Source of the DNA: an uncultured delta proteobacterium
GTDB lineage: Bacteria > Desulfobacterota > Syntrophia > Syntrophales > UBA5619
Assembly: GCA_963817385.1 (NCBI GenBank)
Contig: CAWFOM010000006.1
Span: 224,001 to 288,000 of the forward strand
Reading direction: 5' to 3'
Length of the DNA: 64,000 nucleotides
The notes below the pieces were generated by a model. That model searched no databases. It saw only the letters and a program-made list of their open reading frames with translations, and had not been told where the DNA came from. Of the stretch, positions 9,945 through 20,442 are shown one piece after another. The position numbers and the translations under genes are program-made. Each line of letters begins with the position of its first letter. Within the stretch, counting starts at the first letter, position 1.

Positions 9945-11157
9945 ACGGGTTGTTATTACCGGGATCGGCATGGTCACCCCGCTGGGGGCGGGGAAGGATG
10001 CCTTCGCGCGGGCCCTCCGGCAAGGAGATACGGGGATCCGGGAGATCACGGCCTTTCCAACCGAGGGGCTTCCCTCGCATCTGGGGGCGGAGGTGCGCGC
10101 GTTTGAGCCCCGCGATTTCATCTCGGTGAAAAACCTGCGGAAGATGGACCGCCTTTCGGCCATGACGACGGCCTCCGTCCGGATGGCCCTGGACGATGCA
10201 GGGCTCCGGATCGATCCCACAAACCGGGACCGGATCGGCATCATCATGGGGACGGCCTTCGGGAATACGGAGCACAAGGTCCTGACTGCCCGGGTCCTCT
10301 TCACGGAAGGCCCCGGCATGGTGAACCCGATCCACGTGCCCAATACCGTCATGAACGCCCCGGCCGGCCACGCCTCGATCGAAATGGGCTTCCGCGGGGT
10401 GAACACGACCGTTAACCATCAGGCCGCCTCCGCCGAAACGGCCATCGCCTACGGTACCATGGAGATCCGGCGCGGCGCTGCGGATGTGATCTTCGCCGGG
10501 GGGGGCGATATCCTGTCGCCCTTCTTCTACGAGGCGCTGACCCGCTTCCATGCCGTTTCCCCGGCGGACGGCGGCCCGGAGGTGGCCCGCCCCTTCGACC
10601 GCCTGCGGAACGGTCCCGTTGCGGGGGAGGGGTGCGGGATCGTCTGCCTCGAGGACGGGGAACTCGCCCGCGAGCGCGGCGCGGTTCCCTACGCTGAGGT
10701 GACGGGGTGGGGGCTTGCCTCTTCTCCGACTCCGCCCACTGCCTGGCCCGTCGATCCCCGCGGATTTTCCCTCGCTCTTGAGCGCGCTCTCAAGATGGCG
10801 GGCGCCGCCCCGGCGGAGATCGACCTCATCCAGGCGGCGGCGAACGGCGGCTGCGACCCCGATGCGATGGAGGCGGCGGCTTACAAACATCTCTTCGGCG
10901 GCAGCGCCAAACTTCTGATCACGTCGCTCAAGGGGGCGATGGGAGAGAACTTCGCCTCGGGCGGGATCCGGGCGGCAGCCCTGGCGCTCTCGCTCAGGGA
11001 GGGGATCGTCCCGCAGGTCATCGGCCTGAACGAACCACTGGTTCCCCTGCCGTTCGTCATCGGAGCCTCCGTGAACCAACCGGTAAAAAGAGGCCTCCTG
11101 AGCGGGATCTCCTATGGCGGGACATACGCCTGCCTGATATTCGAGGGAAATCCCTGA
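9937..11157 (+). CDS. Catalytically inactive ketosynthase (chain length factor-like)
   Basis: Full KS fold but NHQAAS, AANGG and GENFA replace the Cys/His/His motifs; overlaps upstream KS. Confidence 0.8.
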   Translation: MDRRVVITGIGMVTPLGAGKDAFARALRQGDTGIREITAFPTEGLPSHLGAEVRAFEPRDFISVKNLRKMDRLSAMTTASVRMALDDAGLRIDPTNRDRIGIIMGTAFGNTEHKVLTARVLFTEGPGMVNPIHVPNTVMNAPAGHASIEMGFRGVNTTVNHQAASAETAIAYGTMEIRRGAADVIFAGGGDILSPFFYEALTRFHAVSPADGGPEVARPFDRLRNGPVAGEGCGIVCLEDGELARERGAVPYAEVTGWGLASSPTPPTAWPVDPRGFSLALERALKMAGAAPAEIDLIQAAANGGCDPDAMEAAAYKHLFGGSAKLLITSLKGAMGENFASGGIRAAALALSLREGIVPQVIGLNEPLVPLPFVIGASVNQPVKRGLLSGISYGGTYACLIFEGNP

Positions 11158-11355
11158 CGCCCTGACGGCTTTAGGGCGTATGACCGCCGTTCCAGGACTT
11201 ATCCACAAATCGCCGACCTCGATGATGATGTAGAATCTTGACTGGTAATGATTTTTATTTCCTCAATAGTATGGTATGGGTTTAAACCTCGTTCCGCCTG
11301 AATCCAGCGCGAACGATTTCCGCACAGGATGTACCGGAGAGGTGAAATTACCATA

Positions 11356-12351
11356 ATGAAAAAAAATACATGGTTGATTTTGGTCATTGCAGGCGGCTTA
11401 TTGTTGTCGTTTCATGTCATCGGCGGCAGCCAAGTCATGGCTGCGTATCCGGAGAGGCCTATTACTCTTTTGGTTGGATTTGCACCGGGCGGGTCGGTGG
11501 ATCTGAGTGCCAGATCCTTGGCTAAGGCGGTGGAAAAGGTTTTGGGTCAGCCGGTTGTGATTGAAAACAGGCCCGGTGGCACAGGCACGGTTGCGCTGGC
11601 ATCCTTGCTCGCTCAAAATAACGACGGCTACACCTTGTGTGCAACCCCAAGCTCGGTCTTGATCCGTGTTCCCCAGATGCAAAAAGTTCCTTTCAAACCT
11701 TTGAAAAACTTCCGGCCCATTATCGGGTACGCATCACCCCCGTTGGGAATCGTGGTCCTGAATGATGCACCCTGGAGAACCCTTAAAGATTTGGTTGCCG
11801 ACTCCCTGTCCCATCCCGGCAAAATCAAATACGCGACTACCGGCGTGGGAAGCACGACCCACGCTGCCGTTGAAGAAATCGCCGTGAAGGAAAAAGCGCA
11901 CATGATTCACGTGCCCTTTAAAGGCGGGACCGAAGCGCTCACCGCCCTTTTAGGGGGACATGTGGAGTTCGGTGCGCTGACATCGGAATTTATCCCCGCG
12001 GTGAAAGCCGGTCAAACTCGGTTACTGGCAACTATGGGTGACAAGAGATCACCTAAATTTGCCGGTGTGCCGACCTTAAAAGAACTTGGTTATGATTTTG
12101 TCAACGATGCGGTGTATGCCATTGTTTGCCCGTCCGGCCTTTCGCCCGACATCGTGAAACAACTCGAAGCGGCATTTGCCAAGGCTGCGAAGAATGAACA
12201 ATATATGACCGTTCTGGATAATCTTGACCTGGTTCCTCTCTACTATGACGGCAAGCAATTCGAAGATTTCTTAAAGGTTAACTGGAAAAAAATTAATACC
12301 CATTTGATCGCAACGGGTCTTATTACGGAAGCGGCTACGTCGCCGGAGTGA
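11356..12351 (+). CDS. tctC: Tripartite tricarboxylate transporter substrate-binding protein
   Basis: Signal peptide, YPERPITLLVGFAPGGSVD, ENRPGG, HVPFKGG, VPTLKELG. Confidence 0.92.
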   Translation: MKKNTWLILVIAGGLLLSFHVIGGSQVMAAYPERPITLLVGFAPGGSVDLSARSLAKAVEKVLGQPVVIENRPGGTGTVALASLLAQNNDGYTLCATPSSVLIRVPQMQKVPFKPLKNFRPIIGYASPPLGIVVLNDAPWRTLKDLVADSLSHPGKIKYATTGVGSTTHAAVEEIAVKEKAHMIHVPFKGGTEALTALLGGHVEFGALTSEFIPAVKAGQTRLLATMGDKRSPKFAGVPTLKELGYDFVNDAVYAIVCPSGLSPDIVKQLEAAFAKAAKNEQYMTVLDNLDLVPLYYDGKQFEDFLKVNWKKINTHLIATGLITEAATSPE

Positions 12352-12854
12352 AACGAACGATCACACCGCCGTTCTTTAAGGCCGGTCATCGGGAAATGAT
12401 GGATACACGGGACATTATCAGCGGTATTGCATGCATCTTTATCTCCGTTTTTGTCTTTACGACATCCCTCCGCCTGGGGGTCGGGGTGCTTCATGATCCC
12501 GGTCCCGGCTTTATTCTCTTCTGGGCAAGCATTTTATTGGCGATCTGTACCTGCATCCTGTTGGGTATCAGCCGTTTAAAAAAAACAGAACCGGTGAGCC
12601 GCTCTAACGCATGGCATGATGCAGATCGGCGTAATGCGATCATCGTAATTGCCGCCCTTATCGCCTATTGCCTGGTACTGCCGAAGTTTGGTTATCCCAT
12701 CGCAACCTTTGCCTTGATGCTTGTTTTGTTCGGTTTGGGAAGAATGAAACCATGGATGATTATCCTGGGTTCGCTGATTACCGTTCTCCTCAGCTATTAT
12801 CTGTTCGATCATCTGTTGCGAACGCCGCTCCCCAGAGGTGTGCTGCGCTTCTGA
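12348..12854 (+). CDS. tctB: Tripartite tricarboxylate transporter small membrane subunit
   Basis: PGPGF motif, 4-5 TM, C-terminal LPRG; between tctC and tctA (start may be ATG 12396). Confidence 0.88.
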   Translation: MKRTITPPFFKAGHREMMDTRDIISGIACIFISVFVFTTSLRLGVGVLHDPGPGFILFWASILLAICTCILLGISRLKKTEPVSRSNAWHDADRRNAIIVIAALIAYCLVLPKFGYPIATFALMLVLFGLGRMKPWMIILGSLITVLLSYYLFDHLLRTPLPRGVLRF

Positions 12855-12866
12855 TCATGGTAAAGG

Positions 12867-14366
12867 GTGGAGAATGTGGATGCGTTAAGCGGTTTATTCT
12901 ATGGTTTGTCGGTCGCCGTACGGCCTGAAAATCTCTTCTTTGTCTTTGCGGGATGTTTTCTGGGAACACTGATAGGCGTCCTTCCGGGAATTGGTCCGGT
13001 GGGCGCCATCTCCATTCTGTTGCCCATGACCTTTCAACTGGCGCCAACCGGGGCGACGATCATGCTTGCGGGGATTTATTATGGCGTCATGTATGGCGGT
13101 TCGACAACCTCAATCCTCGTCAATGTACCGGGGGAGACGGCATCGGTTGTCACCTGTCTGGATGGTTATCAGATGGCCCGCCAGGGTCGTGCCGGGCCGG
13201 CCTTGGGTATTGCCGCATTCGGTTCTTTTTTTGCCGGAACGGTAGGGTTGGTCGGTTTGCAGCTTATCGCCAATCCGCTTTCCCGCATTGCCTTGAAATT
13301 CGGGCCCCCGGAGTACTGTGCCCTCATCATGCTGGGATTCTCCCTCATTACCTACCTGTCTCGTGGTTCCAAGCTCAAAGCCTGTGTTATGGCGTTGCTC
13401 GGCCTGATCCTGAGCGGGGTCGGCCTTGATCCCATTACCTCCCAGGAAAGAATGACCTTTGGCATCATAAATCTTTTTGAGGGCATCGGGGTTGCCCCGC
13501 TTGCCATGGGTTTGTTTGGCGTTGCCGAAGTATTCAACAATCTTGGAGCCCTTTCCTCCGGGAACATTGTAAAAGTTCGCATATCGAAACTATTTCCCTC
13601 CAAATCGGACTGGCTCCAAGCCAAATGGGCGATGGTACGGGGAACCGCAATCGGGTTTTTATTGGGAATTCTCCCGGGAGGAGGGCCGGTTCTTGCCACC
13701 TTCGTTGCCTATGGACTGGAAAAGCGGGTAGCAAAAAATCCTGAACGGTTCGGGAAAGGGGCGATTGAAGGGGTTGCGTCGCCGGAATCCGCCAATAACG
13801 CTGCCGCGTCTGCCTCCTTTATCCCTTTCCTTACCTTGGGGATCCCGCCGAATGTTGTGTTGGCCGTTCTTCTGGGGGCTTTTATGATTCATGGGATCGT
13901 GCCCGGCCCCCTGCTGATCAAGAATCACCCTGATCTGTTTTGGGGTTTGGTGGGCAGCATGTATATCGGGAATGTCGTATTGGTAATCATGAACCTGCCG
14001 TTGATCCCTCTCTGGGTGCAGGTGCTGAGAATTCCGGGTAAGATACTCTACCCGCTGGTGCTCCTTTTCTGTCTGGTGGGGGCGTTCTCTATTCAAAATA
14101 ATGTATTCGATGTCATGGTGATGATCCTCTTTGGAGTTGTGGGTTATCTGTGCAGGCAAAACGGCTATGAAGGCGCACCGCTCATTCTGTCTTTCGTTCT
14201 GGGTCCCCTGTTTGAGGTAAATTTCAGACGATCTTTGCTCATGTCCCAGGGCAGTTTTTCTATTTTTTTTACCCGGCCAATAGCCTTGGGGGCGATGATC
14301 TTTTTCCTCGGTCTCGTGGTGTATCCCATCTACAAATTGTTTAAAAAAAGGTCTAAGGGGACATGA
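12867..14366 (+). CDS. tctA: Tripartite tricarboxylate transporter large membrane subunit
   Basis: GVLPGIG, YGGSTTSILVNVPG, GVASPESANNA, LGIP motifs. Confidence 0.95.
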   Translation: MENVDALSGLFYGLSVAVRPENLFFVFAGCFLGTLIGVLPGIGPVGAISILLPMTFQLAPTGATIMLAGIYYGVMYGGSTTSILVNVPGETASVVTCLDGYQMARQGRAGPALGIAAFGSFFAGTVGLVGLQLIANPLSRIALKFGPPEYCALIMLGFSLITYLSRGSKLKACVMALLGLILSGVGLDPITSQERMTFGIINLFEGIGVAPLAMGLFGVAEVFNNLGALSSGNIVKVRISKLFPSKSDWLQAKWAMVRGTAIGFLLGILPGGGPVLATFVAYGLEKRVAKNPERFGKGAIEGVASPESANNAAASASFIPFLTLGIPPNVVLAVLLGAFMIHGIVPGPLLIKNHPDLFWGLVGSMYIGNVVLVIMNLPLIPLWVQVLRIPGKILYPLVLLFCLVGAFSIQNNVFDVMVMILFGVVGYLCRQNGYEGAPLILSFVLGPLFEVNFRRSLLMSQGSFSIFFTRPIALGAMIFFLGLVVYPIYKLFKKRSKGT

Positions 14367-14441
14367 CTGAATCCCTGCTGGATATCAAAGACACGGCTAG
14401 TGTGCTCCAGGAAACGCTCATGGGGTCTGACAGAGAATCGA

Positions 14442-14792
14442 TCAGGATGGCGGAGAAATCTTTGCAGCAGCTCGTTGGAAACTCTGTATCGCAATTTTTG
14501 CTTCTTTGCTGATTTCCACAAATCGAGTGCCGATATAAAACGAAGAGATCGCCGGGTCTTCACGAATCCAAGCCGGCGCAACCCGGATTTCAACAGTACG
14601 GTATTTTGAAATGTTTAGCGAAAGGATAAGCCGGTCGGTTAGCCGAATAAATTTACGAACTACGAGCTTCACACCGCCATTCGAGATATCGGAGGCAAAA
14701 CAAGATATCGTGTCTTGTATACTGTCGATAATTCTAAAAGATGACGGCAAATCGCACGGCACCCGCACAGATCCGCGACGTTCAAATTCCAT
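14442..14792 (-). CDS. Single PilZ-domain protein
   Basis: ERRGSVR (RxxxR) and DISNGG (D/NxSxxG). Confidence 0.85.
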   Translation of the reverse strand: MEFERRGSVRVPCDLPSSFRIIDSIQDTISCFASDISNGGVKLVVRKFIRLTDRLILSLNISKYRTVEIRVAPAWIREDPAISSFYIGTRFVEISKEAKIAIQSFQRAAAKISPPS

Positions 14793-15074
14793 CCTGCACC
14801 TCCGTAGTTAATTGACCCCCCACTTTTTACGTCAGATCGCTTCGATCTTACACCTATGTGGCTCATCAGCTTGATCCAGGAGCAACGATCATCCCGTGCC
14901 TCTACTCTTTTTTTCATGTCCCCGATGAGATCGCCGATTTGGGGAGCGATCGGTACTTCTATTGGTGATAAAATCTCTTTGACATGCCGGCGCCGGCCGC
15001 CTTCCGCATCCTCATCCCACGCAAAAGCAAGTTCTTATCAATTCAATGAATATCATCAATTCGATCACCTTAGA

Positions 15075-15485
15075 TTAGTTCTTGGCTTTTTCGATCATTG
15101 CTTTATATTCTTCAGGCTTTCCAGAACCACTGCGTGATGTTATTTGTTTGCCGTTAGAATCAGCAATAACGACAAATGGCAATGCATTGCCGCTTACCGT
15201 AAAAAGCTCCCGAAACCGTTTGCGCTGTGTCTCGTTGTCACAATCCAAATCAACATAAACGAAATTATCTATACTTACCTTTCCTTCCTTGATATACGAT
15301 TTGAGCGCCTGACAGTGGACACATGTTTCTCTTCCATATTGTATGAATAGCGGTTTCCCAAGTGCCTTTGCTTTTTCCAATGCAGTTTCTAAATCACTAT
15401 TAGCCGGCGGCGCGCTTAACGAAACACTTGTCCCAGATAAAACAACAACCATAGCCACTAAAAACAATAAACGTAAATTTCTCAT
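15075..15485 (-). CDS. Secreted thioredoxin-family protein
   Basis: AAGGAG SD, signal peptide, ALEKAKALGKPLF, CVHC, cis-Pro LPF. Confidence 0.8.
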   Translation of the reverse strand: MRNLRLLFLVAMVVVLSGTSVSLSAPPANSDLETALEKAKALGKPLFIQYGRETCVHCQALKSYIKEGKVSIDNFVYVDLDCDNETQRKRFRELFTVSGNALPFVVIADSNGKQITSRSGSGKPEEYKAMIEKAKN

Positions 15486-15696
15486 ACGCCACTCCTTAAA
15501 GGTGTTATCTTTGACTTCTACTTTCCATCGCTTTTCTCGTATCAATTCCATCTTCTTTAAGGCAAGTAAAATATTATTATTTACCCACTGTCAGGATCGC
15601 CCACGATACAGGCGAACACGGCCATACGGCCAACCTCCATCTGTTTTAATAAACATGTCACCTCCAGTTATCGTTTTATATAAAGCGGCACTTTTT

Positions 15697-16168
15697 TTAT
15701 TTTTTATGAAACGCGTCATTTTTGAATTCGCCGACTTCTTTCCTCCCGTCAGGATAAAACATCGTACCCTGGGCAGAGGTGACACGGCTGCTACGGGTGA
15801 AGGTCATCAATTTTCCTCCGGATGTATCACTTTCTTTTGTAACAACGGTGTCAAACATCCATTCCCCGACAAATTTACGGCCATCATAGAAGGTCAGCGT
15901 TCCTTTACCGCTCGGCATGTCTTCTTTCCATCCCCCTTCATATTGTTTCTGACCGCCGGATTTCGTCTTGTCTGGAAACATATAGGTGCCTTTTCCGTCC
16001 CGCTTGCCGTTTTTAAACTGTCCCACGTATTTCTGCCCCGCCTTTTCGCGATAGATCATGGTCCCTTTGCCATCGGTACAGTTTCCCTCGGCGCATTCGG
16101 CAAAAACGTGCAGGGGGAGGAGACAAATGACAAATACAATTAGTAATAGCAACAGTCTTGATCTTCAT
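15697..16168 (-). CDS. MORN-repeat secreted protein (N-terminus has a +1 frameshift or stop)
   Basis: CAEGNCTDGKGTM, YVGQFKNGKRDGKGTY, YEGGWKEDMPSGKG repeats; open frame 15697-16152, likely ATG near 16168 in another frame. Confidence 0.75.
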
Positions 16169-16268
16169 TTCTTCATTTTTCCTTTCCATAAGAGTCTGAT
16201 CACCCATAGTGCGTTCTTTTAATCTTGCAACGTCACGGACGCGCCGACACGGCACGAACCGTCGGAGA

Positions 16269-16763
16269 TTAGGGCGCCTTCCACTCCATGATGGGCACTG
16301 TGCTGATGCTGTTCTTTGGGCTGCCCGTGATGACCCGGTCGCTGTAGGATACATAGACCAGGACATTGCGCTTGCGATCAAAGAAACGCACGACCTGAAG
16401 CGACTTGAAGACAAGGCTGCGGTGTTCGTCAAAGACGCGTTCGCCGTCCTTGAACTCGCCCAGGAACCGAATCGGCCCGATCTGGCGACAGGCAATGCTG
16501 GCGTCGCTCGTATCCTCCGCTACGCCCAGGGCGCCTTTGACGCCGCCGGTCTGGGCCCGGGAGATATGGCAGGCCACGCCCTGGACCTTGGGGTCGTCGA
16601 AGCCGTCCACCACGATCTTGTCATTAGGACCGAGCCATCGAAATTGGGTGCTCACCGAGCCGGTCGTCCCGCGTTCAGGTCGGCTAACGAGCCACCATCC
16701 GAAAAGAACGATGACCAGCAAGATTCCCGCGCCCATAATCATTACGACCTTTTTCATGACCAT
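16269..16763 (-). CDS. creA: CreA family protein
   Basis: [45 protein letters not shown]. Confidence 0.9.
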   Translation of the reverse strand: MVMKKVVMIMGAGILLVIVLFGWWLVSRPERGTTGSVSTQFRWLGPNDKIVVDGFDDPKVQGVACHISRAQTGGVKGALGVAEDTSDASIACRQIGPIRFLGEFKDGERVFDEHRSLVFKSLQVVRFFDRKRNVLVYVSYSDRVITGSPKNSISTVPIMEWKAP

Positions 16764-17000
16764 TTACCTTTTGGAATAATTTGCCCCGACCTCGCCGTAA
16801 TTAAATGCCGGGACATCCTAAACCCGGCTGAACAGAGCCTTACGCCCTCAAGTCTTCAAGCAGCGCTGACAGGTTTCCCCGGATGGAGACGGGCGTTATC
16901 TCGACGTCTTTGAGCGCTTTCTTTTTGACTGATACTCTGAACATGGCCACATTGCAATCACAAAATGGTTATCTGTCAAAGCTAAACAGGCCAAACATGG

Positions 17001-17230
17001 CCCCGGAATCCACAGCTACCGATTATTACCGCTGCATAGAAGACTATTTTTGAAATCTTTGTGCAGATCTACGACCATCACTTCTCACGGCGGTACGGAT
17101 CCTGGCAACCTTATGTCGAGCAGGTAATCTATCGCTATCTCGATTGCGACGATCTCCATAACAGCTTTACCCGTGCGAAATGCAAAGACTGCGGCCATGA
17201 ATACCTACTGGCCTTCTTCTACAACTGTCG
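17001..17230 (+). pseudogene. IS91-family transposase zinc-binding-domain remnant
   Basis: PRNPQ..DYYRC.EDYF then YRYLDCDDLHNSFTRAKCKDCGHEYLLAF; degenerates after this; no Y2 catalytic domain. Confidence 0.75.
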
Positions 17231-17519
17231 CTGCTTTCCATTGGCAATATTCAATGTTTTTCTTTGCTTTGTTCTGAGTAGTTATCGGTGTTGCCGCGGT
17301 ATGGTCGAAATCTTCCCAAGCGGGGATAGTTTCGCCCAATCTCTGATTCCCCGCCCAAGTTTAATGACTTGACATTGGTTGCATCATTCAGTTACATGTC
17401 CGCGATGCGGCATGGCCTGTTTCGCACCAAGCCCACAATCACTTCCGGCATGGGGATGGAATTCTGATAGCGGCCGCAGAAGGCCTGAGTATCGACTTTT
17501 TTTCTGAGGGTGTAACTGG

Positions 17520-19037
17520 ATGAATGTCGGGGAATGGATTTTCAAGCGCGCCGTGACCTATCCGGAAGGGCCGTTCCTGAAGGAGGAGGGCGAACGCTCC
17601 TTTACGAACCGCGAGTTCAACGAGCGGGTGAACCGGATGGCCTGCGCCCTCGCGGCCTGGGGGGTCGGCAGGGGTGAGCGGATCGCCGTCCTCATGACCA
17701 ATACCTCCGAGTTTCTCGAGATCTTCTTTGCCTGCGCCAAGACGGGGGCCATCATGGCGCCTCTCAACTTCCGCCTGGCCGTGCCGGAGCTGGCCTATAT
17801 CCTCCGGGACTGCGCCCCCCGGGTCCTCGTCTACTCGGCGGACTTCGCCGCCACGGCAGGGAAGTTGAAGGCCCTGCTGCCCGAGCCGGTGCGCTTCGTC
17901 AGGCACGGCGGCGCAGAGGGTGCGGATCCGCTCCTGGCCGAGACCCTGACCACCTTTCCTGCCGCGGAACCCGTCCCCGCGTCGGAAGCGACCCTTGCCG
18001 ACCCGCTCTTTATCATGTACACGTCGGGGACCACGGGGGACCCCAAGGGGGCGGTCCTGACCCACGGCAACGTTCTTTTCGGCTCGATCAACACGGTCGT
18101 GGGCTGCGGCATCAACCGATCCTACCGGTCGCTTGTTGTCGCCCCGCTCTTCCATATCGGCGCCCTCGGCGCATCGGCGCTTCCGATCCTCTATGCCGGC
18201 GGCTCCCTGGTCCTCAAAGGATTCTACAACGCCTCCGAGGTGATCGGGCTTATCGCCCGCGAGCGGATCAATTACATGTTCGCCGTCCCCGTCATGTTTC
18301 AACTTCTGCTGAAGACCAACGAATGGCAGACGGCGGATTTCTCCCACGTCCACTTCTTCATCGCCGGCGGCGCCCCGATGCCGCTGCCGGTCATCCGGAA
18401 GTACCAGGAGGACAAGGGGATCTTTTTCTCCCAGGGGTACGGAATGACGGAGACCTTCCGCCTCACCTCGCTGGATCTCGATGACTCCATCCGGAAGGCC
18501 GGATCGGTCGGCAAAGAGATGCTCCACGTCCTGCTCAGGATCGTGGACGATCAAGGCCAGGACGTAGCGCCGGGCGAATCGGGGGAGATCATCGTCAAGG
18601 GCCCCAACGTCTTTTCCGGGTACTGGAACAAGCCCGCCGAAACGGCCGAGGCGATGCGGGGGGGATGGTTCCATACCGGGGACATGGGGCGCCGCGACGA
18701 GGAGGGATTCATCTTCATCGTCGGCCGGAAGGTGGAGATGATCATCAGCTCCGGCGAGAACATCTACCCGGCGGAGGTGGAGCGGGTCATCCAGGCCCTG
18801 CCGGAGGTCCGCGAGGCGGCCGCCGTCGGGATGCCGGACAGGAAAAAGGGGGAGGTCGTAGCCGTCTTCGTCATGCTCAAGGAGGGGGCCGCGCTCACCG
18901 AAGCGGCGCTCCTCGCGGCCATGCAGGGGAAGATCGCCCCGTTCAAGATCCCCAAGAAGGTGATTTTCGTCGAGGATTTCCCCCGCAATTCGACGGGCAA
19001 GATCCTCAAGAAGGAGCTCAAGGAAAAGATGTCATGA
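17520..19037 (+). CDS. Acyl/aryl-CoA synthetase (AMP-binding, FadD13/MenE-like)
   Basis: MYTSGTTGDPKG, QGYGMTE, WFHTGD, PRNSTGKILK. Confidence 0.92.
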   Translation: MNVGEWIFKRAVTYPEGPFLKEEGERSFTNREFNERVNRMACALAAWGVGRGERIAVLMTNTSEFLEIFFACAKTGAIMAPLNFRLAVPELAYILRDCAPRVLVYSADFAATAGKLKALLPEPVRFVRHGGAEGADPLLAETLTTFPAAEPVPASEATLADPLFIMYTSGTTGDPKGAVLTHGNVLFGSINTVVGCGINRSYRSLVVAPLFHIGALGASALPILYAGGSLVLKGFYNASEVIGLIARERINYMFAVPVMFQLLLKTNEWQTADFSHVHFFIAGGAPMPLPVIRKYQEDKGIFFSQGYGMTETFRLTSLDLDDSIRKAGSVGKEMLHVLLRIVDDQGQDVAPGESGEIIVKGPNVFSGYWNKPAETAEAMRGGWFHTGDMGRRDEEGFIFIVGRKVEMIISSGENIYPAEVERVIQALPEVREAAAVGMPDRKKGEVVAVFVMLKEGAALTEAALLAAMQGKIAPFKIPKKVIFVEDFPRNSTGKILKKELKEKMS

Positions 19038-19069
19038 ACCAGCTCTGCAGAGAGGCGGGAGGAGAAAAG

Positions 19070-19798
19070 ATGGGCGAACGAAAGACAGCCATTGTCACGG
19101 GCGGCAGCCGCGGGATCGGCCGGGCCATCGCCGTCGAACTGGCCGCGAACGGGTATGATGTCACCATCACGTACAAGTCGAACGAGGCGGCGGCGGAGGA
19201 GACGCTGCGGCTCATCCGGGAGGCCGGTGGGGAAGGGGAGGCCCTCCGGTTCGACGTCGGCGACGCCGCCGAGGCGGAGGAGCGTCTGAACGAACTTCTC
19301 ACCCGCCGGGAGCGGATCGACGCCCTGATCAACAATGCCGGGATCACGGCCGACGGCCTCTTCCTGATGATGTCCCGGAAGGACTGGGACTCCGTGATCG
19401 ACACCTCGCTGGGCGGATTCTACAACATGACCAAGCCGGTCCTCCGCAAGATGCTCCGGAAGAAGTCGGGCGCCATCGTCTCGTTGGCGTCGGTCTCCGC
19501 CCTGATCGGGAACCGCGGGCAGGCGAACTACGCGGCGGCCAAGGCCGGCCTCATCGCCGCCAGCCGCGTCCTGGCCTCGGAGGTGGCCCGTCTCGGCATC
19601 CGGGTGAACGTCGTGGCGCCGGGGCCGATCGAAACCGACATGATCAAGGATTTCCCGTTGGAGCACGTCAAGCAGATGATCCCGATGGGGCGCATCGGCC
19701 GGCCCGAGGAGGTGGCGAAGGTGGTCCGGTTTCTCTGCTCCGACGACGCCTCCTATATCACCGGCCAGGTGATCTCGGTCAACGGGGGGATGTTTTGA
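19070..19798 (+). CDS. fabG: 3-oxoacyl-ACP reductase (ApeQ/FabG-like)
   Basis: TGGSRGIG, NNAG, GNRGQANYAAAK, ISVNGG; GGAGGAG SD. Confidence 0.92.
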   Translation: MGERKTAIVTGGSRGIGRAIAVELAANGYDVTITYKSNEAAAEETLRLIREAGGEGEALRFDVGDAAEAEERLNELLTRRERIDALINNAGITADGLFLMMSRKDWDSVIDTSLGGFYNMTKPVLRKMLRKKSGAIVSLASVSALIGNRGQANYAAAKAGLIAASRVLASEVARLGIRVNVVAPGPIETDMIKDFPLEHVKQMIPMGRIGRPEEVAKVVRFLCSDDASYITGQVISVNGGMF

Positions 19799-19824
19799 TC
19801 AGGAGAAGCGGTATCCGAAGCGCT

Positions 19825-20442
19825 ATGCGGCGCCCGGAGGCGGCGCTTTTCGGGTTCATCCTCCTGCTGCCCCTTCTTTTGGCCTGGGCGGATAGTTGGG
19901 AGGGGCTCCGCGACGCTTCCCGCACGATCACCTCGGTCGAGGCGCGGTTCGTCCAGAAAAAAACGCTCCCCATTCTGGCGAAGCCGTTCGTCTCCGGCGG
20001 CCGCTTCACTTTTCAGAAACCCGGGTCGCTCCGCTGGGAATACGACCGGCCCGTCCGGAGCGTCCTGCTGATGCACGCAGGGTCGGTGAAGCGCTACCTC
20101 AGGGAGCGGGACGCCTGGCGCGAGGAAACCGGCGCCTCCCTCACCGCGATGCAGACGGTCCTGGAGGAGATCCTGAACTGGCAGCAGGGCCGCTTCGACG
20201 CCAATCCCCATTTTCAGGCATCGCTGCAAACGGGTTCCGAAACCCGGGTGATCCTTGTCCCGAAGGAGCCCTCCTGGAAGAAGATGATCCGGCGGATCGA
20301 GCTCACCCTTTCGCGCGAGCAGGCGGGTGTCATGAAGAGCGTCCGGGTGGTGGAGGACGAGCGCAGTTTTACCGTGCTCGAATTCGACCAGGTCAAACTC
20401 AACCGACCCCTGCCGGCTTCACTCTTCGAGAAGGTGGAATGA
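19825..20442 (+). CDS. LolA-like outer membrane lipoprotein carrier (ApeL-like)
   Basis: Signal peptide, ARFVQKK, GRFTFQKPGSLRWEY..P. Confidence 0.85.
   Translation: MRRPEAALFGFILLLPLLLAWADSWEGLRDASRTITSVEARFVQKKTLPILAKPFVSGGRFTFQKPGSLRWEYDRPVRSVLLMHAGSVKRYLRERDAWREETGASLTAMQTVLEEILNWQQGRFDANPHFQASLQTGSETRVILVPKEPSWKKMIRRIELTLSREQAGVMKSVRVVEDERSFTVLEFDQVKLNRPLPASLFEKVE

Noticed and set aside
7254..11208. Very long minus-strand ORFs (1050 aa, 461 aa) and many similar antisense ORFs across the GC-rich cluster
   Set aside because: Shadow frames of well-supported plus-strand genes in high-GC DNA; no recognisable motifs
14442..16990. Co-oriented minus-strand singletons as an integron cassette array
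   Set aside because: No attC palindromes found between them and no integrase in the window
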